A stretch of DNA of 60,187 nt, from contig CAYQTK010000001.1 of assembly GCA_964420375.1 (NCBI GenBank), positions 1 to 60,187 of the forward strand. The letters are read 5' to 3'. The position numbers were made by a program, and so were the translations under genes. The notes under the pieces are model-generated. The model was not told the DNA's origin. It did no database searches and saw nothing but the letters and a program-made list of their open reading frames with translations. Positions 42,700 through 50,446 of the stretch are shown here, piece by piece. Origin of the DNA: an uncultured bacterium (GTDB taxonomy: Bacteria; RBG-13-61-14; DATKZS01). Each line of letters begins with the position of its first letter. Positions within the stretch are counted from its first letter, which is position 1.

Positions 42700-44844
42700 T
42701 TGAACGAGCGCAATCCGCGGATTCTCGCCATAGACGCGGGCGGGACCATGACCGACACCTTTATAGTGGACACTGCCGGCGACTTCGTTGTGGGCAAGGC
42801 GCGGTCCACGCCTGAAGACGAGTCGCTGGGGCTCGTCCGCAGTGCAGAGGACGCGCTTTCGCACTGGGGCATGAAAACGGGAGAGGCTTTTCCTTTGATG
42901 GTGGCGGGCATCTACTCGGGCACGGTCATGTTGAACCGCCTGCTTTCAAGAAACGGTCTCAGGCTGGGTGTGATCGTGAGCAAGGGACAAGAGGACTACT
43001 TCCTGCTCGAGCGCGGTGTGCAGACTTACCTGGGCTTTTCCTACTCCGACCGGCTGCACGTGGCCACTCACTATCATAACCGGCCCATAGTTCCCAAAAG
43101 CCGCGTGAGAGGGGTGTTCGGCAGGATCGACATCTTCGGCGAAGAGGTCCTGCCTCTACAGGAGGAAGACGTGGGGGGCGTGGTTGCCGAGCTTCTCGAC
43201 CAAGACATCGAGGGCCTTTGCGTTTGCCTGCTTAACTCCTATCGAAACCCCGTCCACGAGCAGGAGGTCGGCAGAATAGCCGCAGAGTTGATGCAGGAGA
43301 TCGGCAAGCATGTGCCCCTGTTCTTGTCGTCCGAGTACTATCCCCTGCGCAACGACCTGCCCCGCCTCAATACCACGGTGATCGAAGCTTATGCTGCCGA
43401 GCCTTCGCGGGGGCAGCTTAAAAAGGTCTCGGAAAGGATCAGGGACAGGGGCGGAAATTTCGACGTCCGGGTCATGGCCGCCCATGGCGGGATGATTGGT
43501 GCGGAGACCCGCGAGCTGGCCCGCACTCTCATATCCGGGCCTATCGGCGGAGTAGTGGGTGCGAAGTACCTTGCCCGGCATATGGGCCATGACAACGTCG
43601 TCTGCACCGATGTGGGCGGGACCAGCTTCGACCTCGCCCTGGTCACCGAGGGAGCCTGCACGGTCAAGGCATACCCGGACATGGCCAGGTTCCTGCTTTC
43701 CATACCCATGATCAAGATAGACTCGATGGGAGCGGGCACCGGAAGCTACGTGCGCGTAAACCCGAACTCGGCAAGGATCGAGATCGGGCCCGACTCCGCG
43801 GGAGCGAGTATAGGAGTGTGTTGGCCGGACGGAGGAGTGGAAACCGCCACCATCACCGACTGCTCGGTTGTGCTCGGCGTCATAAACCCCGATTACTTCC
43901 TGGGCGGAGAGATGCGGCTTGATCGGGACCGGGCTATAAAGGCCGTCCGGGAACAGGTGGCAAAGCCGCTTAACATCGGTGTTTATGAAGCGGCATCCGG
44001 AGTGGTCGAGCTGTTGGAGGAGAACCTCAAAGGCGACGTCCTGAGCACGGTGCTCGGCAAAGGGTACTCGCCCGCCAACTACGTGCTTTTGTCCTACGGC
44101 GGCGGAGGACCGGTGCACGTGGCCGGCTATACGCGGGGCCTTGGATTTGCAGACGTAATCGTGCCGGCATGGGCCGCGGGCTTTTCCGCGTTCGGTTGCG
44201 CCTGCGCCGACTTCGAGTACCGTTACGAGGCCACCACCGACATCCCCATTGCAGCGGGGCTTCCGCCCGAGTGGAAAAGCGCCATGACAGGCGTGCTGAA
44301 AAAGACGTGCGAAAAGCTGAAAACCAGGATAGAAGAGGAGTTCCATAAGACCGAGCACGGTGGCAAAACCATAACCTACAAGACCTACTTCCGCATCCAG
44401 TACATGGGACAGCTCGACGATCTCGAGATACTCTGTCCCCCAGAAAAGCTGGAGACAGCCGAAGACCTGGACGCATTGCTCGAGGCGTTCGAGGACACCT
44501 ATGGCCGGGTATACGCGCTCGCAGCCAAGTCTCCGGAACTCGGGTACGCAGTGACCCAGGCAGTTGTAACCGGCATGGTCGAGATTGAAAAGCCGGTCAT
44601 ACCGGAAGAGCCCGAAGGGGGAAAAGAGCCTGACCATGCTGCCTGGAAAGAAGAGCGGCCGGTCTTCTGGAGCAAGGAGTGGATAAAGACGGGAGTGTGG
44701 GACATGCCGGGCCTTCGAAACGGGAACGTCATCTCCGGGCCCGCAATCATCGAGTCGCCGGCAACCACATTTGCCGTACCGCCGGATGCGCAGGCACGCC
44801 TTGACGCGCACCGGCTGTTTCACCTTGAAAAGAAGAGGGATTAA
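42700..44844 (+). CDS. Hydantoinase A/oxoprolinase-family protein, acetone (ketone) carboxylase beta-subunit-like
   Basis: ILAIDAGGTMTDTFIVD ATPase N-terminus and DVGGTSFD. 714 aa. TTG start with AAAGGAGAG RBS. Confidence 0.85.
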   Translation: MNERNPRILAIDAGGTMTDTFIVDTAGDFVVGKARSTPEDESLGLVRSAEDALSHWGMKTGEAFPLMVAGIYSGTVMLNRLLSRNGLRLGVIVSKGQEDYFLLERGVQTYLGFSYSDRLHVATHYHNRPIVPKSRVRGVFGRIDIFGEEVLPLQEEDVGGVVAELLDQDIEGLCVCLLNSYRNPVHEQEVGRIAAELMQEIGKHVPLFLSSEYYPLRNDLPRLNTTVIEAYAAEPSRGQLKKVSERIRDRGGNFDVRVMAAHGGMIGAETRELARTLISGPIGGVVGAKYLARHMGHDNVVCTDVGGTSFDLALVTEGACTVKAYPDMARFLLSIPMIKIDSMGAGTGSYVRVNPNSARIEIGPDSAGASIGVCWPDGGVETATITDCSVVLGVINPDYFLGGEMRLDRDRAIKAVREQVAKPLNIGVYEAASGVVELLEENLKGDVLSTVLGKGYSPANYVLLSYGGGGPVHVAGYTRGLGFADVIVPAWAAGFSAFGCACADFEYRYEATTDIPIAAGLPPEWKSAMTGVLKKTCEKLKTRIEEEFHKTEHGGKTITYKTYFRIQYMGQLDDLEILCPPEKLETAEDLDALLEAFEDTYGRVYALAAKSPELGYAVTQAVVTGMVEIEKPVIPEEPEGGKEPDHAAWKEERPVFWSKEWIKTGVWDMPGLRNGNVISGPAIIESPATTFAVPPDAQARLDAHRLFHLEKKRD

Positions 44845-44855
44845 AGGAGAGAGAC

Positions 44856-47087
44856 ATGACAAGCCATTCGCGAAAAAGTCCCTTCTCAAAAGGACCGGTG
44901 GGATGGGAGGGACGGACGCTCATGGAGATGCTGGAGCGTTCCGAGAAGCTGTGGAGCGAGACCGGCCGCTACCAGGGGCTTGACAAGCTGGAGCTAAAAG
45001 AAGCCGATCCCATCCGTTACGAAAAGATATTCGCCAAGCTCCGGGGAGGCCTGGTCAACGCCCGCGAGACGGCAATGAACATCAGCGCGTCTCCCATAGT
45101 AAAGGAGATAGGCGAGCTGTGCTTCGCCTTTTACACCCCCGAGGGCGACAGCGTAGCGCTTTCCACCGGTATAATCGTTCACGTCCATACCATGAGCGAC
45201 GCCATCAAGTTCATGATAAGAAAGGGGTACGAGGACAACCCCGGCATAGCGGGCGGAGACATCTTTTCAAACAACGACCCGGTAATCGGGGACGTGCATA
45301 ACGCTGACGTGCAGACCCTTGTGCCCATATTCCGGGAAGGCGAGCTTCTGGGCTGGGCCGGAGGAGTGACCCACGTGATCGACATCGGGGCGTCAACCCC
45401 CGGGAGCGTGCCGGTAGGACCGACCTCCCGGTACGAAGACGGACTGGCACTGACCGCGCTCAAGGTGGGGGAGAAAGACACTCTGTTCCGGCACCACGAA
45501 ATAATGTGCGAGATGAGAGTGAGAACGCCCAAGTACTGGAAGCTGGATGAAAGGACCCGCATAGCCGGCTGCCACATGATCCGCGACGCAGTGGAGAGGA
45601 TAGTGCGCGAGGAAGGCATTGACGCGTTCAAGAGCTTCATGCGCGAGGTCATCGAGGAAGGCCGCCAGAGCTTTGTAAGCCGGATTAAAGAGCTTACCAT
45701 ACCCGGCAGCTATGACGCGACCACCTTTAACGCGGTGACCTTCAAGGACGAGCCGGGCCTGCCTCCGCGGGCGCGGACCGACTCGTTGATGCACGCGCCT
45801 CTCCGGGTGGACATCGGCGGATCGGGCGAGTTCGAGCTGTCCATGGACGGCGCAAGCCCGTGGGGATATCACAGCTTCAACTGCACGCCCAGCGCCATGC
45901 AGGGCGCCTTGTGGGTGCTCTTGAGCCAGACCGTGGTGCCCAACGACAAGGTCAACGACGGCGCTTACCTGGCAACCAGGAGCTTTTTCCCGCCCGGGTC
46001 GTGGTCCAATCCCCAGAACCCCGAGGTCAGCACGGGCGCGGCCTGGGGATTTCTTATCCCTTCGTTCACCGGACTTTTCCGGATGCTCGGCCGGGCATTT
46101 TACGCCCGGGGGTTCCACGAAGAGGTCATGGCTTCATACGGCATGACCATGAACGCACTGCAGGGCGGGGGCACGGACCACATGGGCAAGCCGTGCAGCA
46201 TCCTGAACTTCGAGATCAGCACCGTGGGCGGCGGAGCGGGTGCAGTCAAGGACGGGCTCGATTTTGCGGCAGCGATGTGGAACCCGGAAGGCGACATGGC
46301 AGACGTGGAGATATGGGAGATTCTCGAGCCGCTTCTCTACCTGGGCCGCAGGGTCAAGCCGAACACCGCGGGACCGGGCAGGTTCCGGGGAGGATCGGGG
46401 TTCGAGTCGCTGCGCATGGTGTGGAAGACAAACGATCTGGTCCTGCAGAACGCCGGGGAGGGCAACACCTTTTCCGCTCCCGGCATCTTCGGAGGATACC
46501 CTGCAGCCGCGGGCTATCGCCACAACGTGCACCAGGCCGACCTGTTGGAGAACGCCCGCGCGGGCAGGCCCTACCCGGTGCGCGAGCGGGACCCGGGCGA
46601 CTCGGACATCTCCCGGATGGTGGAAGGCGGACACGAGATGGACAAGAGGGCAATGACGTATCCCATGCCTTACGAGCAGGGAGACCTCTACCTGTCGTGG
46701 CTCCGGGGAGGAGGCGGCCTGGGAGACCCGCTGGAACGCGAGCCCTCCCGGGCGGCGGATGATGTAAACCAGGGGTTCCTGCTTCCGGACTATGCAGCCA
46801 AGGTCTACGGTGTAAAGATCGAGCAGGGACCGGCTGGCGATTACGCTGCGGACGAGGACGAAACCCGGAAACTGAGGCGGGAGATAAAGAGTAAGCGCGC
46901 CGAGCGGAGCATGCCCGTCCGGGACTTTTACGAGAGGGAGAAACAGCGCGTTATTAAAGGCGGGTTTAGAAAGCCGGTCCGGGAATGCTATAACTCGTGC
47001 ATGGCTCTGTCGGTGGAGTGGGGGAACAAGTTCCGGGAGTTCTGGGGCCTGCCGCCTGACTTTTCATTTTCACAAGGAGAGGACTGA
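44856..47087 (+). CDS. Hydantoinase B/oxoprolinase-family protein, acetone (ketone) carboxylase alpha-subunit-like
   Basis: 743 aa, hydantoinase_B-type sequence (DPIRYEKIFAKL...; GGGLGDPLER near the C-terminus). AAAGGAGAGAG RBS. Confidence 0.85.
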   Translation: MTSHSRKSPFSKGPVGWEGRTLMEMLERSEKLWSETGRYQGLDKLELKEADPIRYEKIFAKLRGGLVNARETAMNISASPIVKEIGELCFAFYTPEGDSVALSTGIIVHVHTMSDAIKFMIRKGYEDNPGIAGGDIFSNNDPVIGDVHNADVQTLVPIFREGELLGWAGGVTHVIDIGASTPGSVPVGPTSRYEDGLALTALKVGEKDTLFRHHEIMCEMRVRTPKYWKLDERTRIAGCHMIRDAVERIVREEGIDAFKSFMREVIEEGRQSFVSRIKELTIPGSYDATTFNAVTFKDEPGLPPRARTDSLMHAPLRVDIGGSGEFELSMDGASPWGYHSFNCTPSAMQGALWVLLSQTVVPNDKVNDGAYLATRSFFPPGSWSNPQNPEVSTGAAWGFLIPSFTGLFRMLGRAFYARGFHEEVMASYGMTMNALQGGGTDHMGKPCSILNFEISTVGGGAGAVKDGLDFAAAMWNPEGDMADVEIWEILEPLLYLGRRVKPNTAGPGRFRGGSGFESLRMVWKTNDLVLQNAGEGNTFSAPGIFGGYPAAAGYRHNVHQADLLENARAGRPYPVRERDPGDSDISRMVEGGHEMDKRAMTYPMPYEQGDLYLSWLRGGGGLGDPLEREPSRAADDVNQGFLLPDYAAKVYGVKIEQGPAGDYAADEDETRKLRREIKSKRAERSMPVRDFYEREKQRVIKGGFRKPVRECYNSCMALSVEWGNKFREFWGLPPDFSFSQGED

Positions 47088-47575
47088 TGCAGGTATATGA
47101 CGACAAGACCCTGGCCGACCTTTGGGAGGGGAATCTGGACCACGAAAAGCTCCGGCAGATACAGGCGCGTTTCAAAGACCGCGACAGGTTCGAGCGTTTC
47201 GTGGCTTATTGCCGGGAGCGCATAAGCTGGGACGACCGGATACTGCTGCCCCTCCAGCCGCATCTTTTTATAGTCGAGCGAGCTGACGGCATGCGGATCA
47301 TCAAGTGCGACTGCGGCCGGGAGTTCGGCGACCATCGCGAAAACTGGAAGTTCGAGGCCCGGATTTTCGTTCGCGACAGCGACGAGCTGATGCAGGAGGT
47401 CTATCCCCCGCTCATGCACTGCAACCCGGAGTGGATGGAACTCCGCGAGTACTACTGCCCGGGCTGCTATGCTCTTCTCGAGGTCGAGATGGTTCCCCCC
47501 GGCTATCCCATAATCCACGACTTCCGGCCGGACCTGGAAAGCTTCTACAGAGACTGGCTGGGAAAGGAGCTTTAG
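47087..47575 (+). CDS. Acetone carboxylase gamma-subunit-like zinc protein
   Basis: 162 aa. By my recollection of the Xanthobacter AcxC sequence it is collinear throughout: WDD.ILLPL.P.LFIV, CDCG, NWK..ARI.VRD, REYYCPGC and PVIHDF.PD...FY..WLG. TGATG overlap with the upstream gene. Confidence 0.85.
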   Translation: MQVYDDKTLADLWEGNLDHEKLRQIQARFKDRDRFERFVAYCRERISWDDRILLPLQPHLFIVERADGMRIIKCDCGREFGDHRENWKFEARIFVRDSDELMQEVYPPLMHCNPEWMELREYYCPGCYALLEVEMVPPGYPIIHDFRPDLESFYRDWLGKEL

Positions 47576-47579
47576 GGCG

Positions 47580-50117
47580 GTGGCTGTATTTAAAGACCGC
47601 GGCGAACTCGAGAAAGTTATGTCCGCCATGTTCGACCGGATCAAGCAGGACGAGTTCATGGTGAAAGAGCTTGTGGCCGCAAACCTGAAGCTGCGCTTCC
47701 GCTATAGCGATCCTGACACGGTCATGACCGTTGACCTTACTTGTGACCCCCCGGAGTACGGCTTCGACGAGCAGGGTGAGGCTGACGTGGAGATGTTCCA
47801 GTCTGCGGACACCGGCCACCGGTTCTGGCTGGGCAGGCTCAGCGTGGTCCGGGCCATGGCCACCGGCAAGATATCTGCGCGCGGCAATCCGGCCAAGGCC
47901 ATGAAGCTACTGCCCGCGATCAAGCCCGCGTTCGAGATGTATCCCCAGGTGTTGAAAGACCTGGGCATGGAGCATCTCATCCCGGAAGCCGATTCCGGGA
48001 CCCGGAAAAGAAAGCGGGGATCGCGGTGGAGAAGTATTTTAAAAAGACAGCGGCAGGCAGACAAGTCCCTGCTTCAGAAGGACACATGGGCAACGGTATC
48101 GTCTCCGTTGGAAGACAAGACGTTTCGGTGCCGGGATTACTCCTTGCCGGAGGATGAGGACGCGCTCCGTATCGAGCTTATGAACCGGATGTTGCTGGTC
48201 CGCGAGTTCGAACAGATGCTTTTCGAAAAGTGGAAAAGGGGAGTTGTTCCCACTACCGCCATACACCTTTCCACGGGGCAGGAAGCGGTTGCCGTGGGGA
48301 TATGCTCCGCACTGCTTGCCGACGACTGCATCGCCACCACCCACCGGGGCCACGGCCACATGATCGCCAAGGGCGCGGACGTTAACCGGATGATGGCCGA
48401 GATATTCGGCAAGGCTGATGGGCTTTGCAAGGGCAAGGGCGGGACCATGCACGTGACCGACCGGGAGGCCGGCGCGCTGGGGGCCAACGGTATTGTGGGG
48501 GCCTCCGCCCTGTTGGGAACGGGGGCTGCACTGGCTTTCAAGCTCAAGGCAGAAGACCGGGCGGCAGTGGCGTTCTTCGGTGACGGCGCAGCCAACCAGG
48601 GCATGGTGCACGAGGCCATGAACATGGCTGCCATATGGGACCTGCCCGTCCTGTTCGTGGTCGAGAACAACGGCTATGGAGAGTTCACGCCCCAGAAACG
48701 GCACATGAAGATAGAAAAGATATCCGAGCGCGCCCGGGGTTATGGGATAACCTCTCTCACCATTGACGGAAACGACGTTGAGCTGGTCCATGAAACCGCC
48801 CGGGCGCTTATGGAAGACATAAGAAACGGCGGCGGCCCGGCGCTCCTCGAGTGCGTGACCTACCGCTGGCACGGCCACATGCTGGGCGACAACGAACAGT
48901 ACCGCACGCGCGAAGAGGTCGAGACCTGGATGGAGAAGTGTCCCATAAAACGCCAGCGGGACAAGCTCGTCGGTGAAGGCAAACTGTCCCCGGAGGCTGA
49001 AGAGTCTCTCCTGGCGAGGGCGCGGGAGGTCGTGCTGGACGCGATGAGCTTTGCCCACGAGTCCCCCGAACCCGATGCCCGAGAACTGGCCACTGACGTG
49101 TACGTTTTCGAGCCTTTACCGCCTGAGCCGCAAGCGCCGGCTGAGGTCTCGCTCCTGACCGGGTCAGCGGCCATCAACCTGGCGCTGGCAGAGGAGATGC
49201 GCCGAGACCCGGCAGTGGTGCTGCTGGGCGAAGACGTGGGCCTGGGCGGTTACATGGCGGTGACCAACGGGCTTTTAGAGGAGTTCGGTGAAAAGCGCGT
49301 CCTGGACACTCCCATCAGCGAGTACGCCATAGTAGGCGCTTCAGTGGGAGCGGCCATGTCCGGCCTGCGGCCGGTGGCCGAGCTGTTGTTCAGCGACTTT
49401 ATCACCTGCGCCATGGACCCCATTGTGAACCAGGCAGCCAAGCTTAGATACATGTCCGGCGGACAGTACCGCGTTCCCCTGGTGGTAAGGCTTCCCGGAG
49501 GCGCGGGCCTGGCCCTGGCGGCGCAACACTCCCAGAGCCTCGAATCCATGCTCATGGGGGTCCCCGGACTTATCATCGCAGCGCCGAGCTCCCCCCGCGA
49601 CTGCCGGGCCATGCTGAAGACAGCCATCCGAAGCGATAACCCCGTTCTTTTTTTCGAGCACAAGCTCCTCTACCTGGCACAGGGGGAGGTCCCCCACGAG
49701 GAAGAGCTCCTGCCGTTCGGCAAAGCAAAAGTGGTGAGAAGCGGCCGGGACATTACCATCGTGTCCCTGCTCTATACGGTGGACCTGGCGCTGGAGGCCG
49801 CGGAAACATTGGCGAAGGAGGGGGTTGACGCCGAGGTTATAGACCTTCGCTGCCTGTCGCCTCTGGATACGGACACTGTATTGGAATCGGTCGCCGGGAC
49901 CGGCAGGCTCGTCACCGTGGAAGAGGGGCCTGCCCGCGGGGGATGGGGCGCGGAGATAGTGGCCCGGACGGCAACCTGCGCCCACGGCTTGTTGAAGGCC
50001 CCTCCCGTCAGGATCGGAGGAACCGACAATCCCCTGCCTTATAACAAGCTCATGGAGATGCTGTCCGTGCCCGGGGTCAAAGACGTGCTCGAGAGGATAG
50101 CCGGGATTATGGGCTGA
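47580..50117 (+). CDS. Triple fusion: SCP2 sterol-carrier-like domain + TPP-dependent 2-oxoacid/acetoin dehydrogenase E1 alpha + E1 beta
   Basis: N-terminus LRFRYSDP...GKISARGNPAKAMKLLPAIKP (SCP2). E1 alpha GDGAANQG...ENNGY TPP motif. E1 beta VVLLGEDVG...DTPISEYAIVGASVGAAMSGLRPV and a transketolase-C-like end. GTG start 4 nt after the gamma-subunit stop. Confidence 0.85.
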   Translation: MAVFKDRGELEKVMSAMFDRIKQDEFMVKELVAANLKLRFRYSDPDTVMTVDLTCDPPEYGFDEQGEADVEMFQSADTGHRFWLGRLSVVRAMATGKISARGNPAKAMKLLPAIKPAFEMYPQVLKDLGMEHLIPEADSGTRKRKRGSRWRSILKRQRQADKSLLQKDTWATVSSPLEDKTFRCRDYSLPEDEDALRIELMNRMLLVREFEQMLFEKWKRGVVPTTAIHLSTGQEAVAVGICSALLADDCIATTHRGHGHMIAKGADVNRMMAEIFGKADGLCKGKGGTMHVTDREAGALGANGIVGASALLGTGAALAFKLKAEDRAAVAFFGDGAANQGMVHEAMNMAAIWDLPVLFVVENNGYGEFTPQKRHMKIEKISERARGYGITSLTIDGNDVELVHETARALMEDIRNGGGPALLECVTYRWHGHMLGDNEQYRTREEVETWMEKCPIKRQRDKLVGEGKLSPEAEESLLARAREVVLDAMSFAHESPEPDARELATDVYVFEPLPPEPQAPAEVSLLTGSAAINLALAEEMRRDPAVVLLGEDVGLGGYMAVTNGLLEEFGEKRVLDTPISEYAIVGASVGAAMSGLRPVAELLFSDFITCAMDPIVNQAAKLRYMSGGQYRVPLVVRLPGGAGLALAAQHSQSLESMLMGVPGLIIAAPSSPRDCRAMLKTAIRSDNPVLFFEHKLLYLAQGEVPHEEELLPFGKAKVVRSGRDITIVSLLYTVDLALEAAETLAKEGVDAEVIDLRCLSPLDTDTVLESVAGTGRLVTVEEGPARGGWGAEIVARTATCAHGLLKAPPVRIGGTDNPLPYNKLMEMLSVPGVKDVLERIAGIMG

Positions 50118-50166
50118 GGTAAATCATGATTTGTCAGTGAAAGGCAGGTATGATACATCTAATGTC

Positions 50167-50340
50167 TTGTCAAGATTAAAATGACGCATACCGTGCGAGC
50201 CACTTTATTCGCGACTGAAGTCGCTCGCACTAAATTCATTCTTCTTGGAGGCAACAAAGAACGCTTGACAGCTTATGTTTTGTCAAATGCTTTTTGGGAA
50301 TAGAAGAGAAGCGTGCGAGCGGCTGATACCGCGATTTTCG
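50167..50340 (+). repeat. REP/REPIN-like family A: one full element (50167-50271) plus a second partial tandem element (50279-50340)
   Basis: TTGTCAAG...TGACGCATACCGTGCGAGCCACT...GCGACTGAAGTCGCTCGCAC...CGCTTGACAG, then TTGTCAAA...GCGTGCGAGCGGCTGATACCGCGA. Collinear with 32263-32367. Confidence 0.8.
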
Positions 50341-50446
50341 TTTGCCCTGTTCCCTTTTTTCGAGTGACAGAGCACTAGCGGATCAATCCTGCATTCGGCA
50401 TCGCCTGGACAAGGAAGAAAAAAGAAAGTTGCAGGCTGTATCCGGG

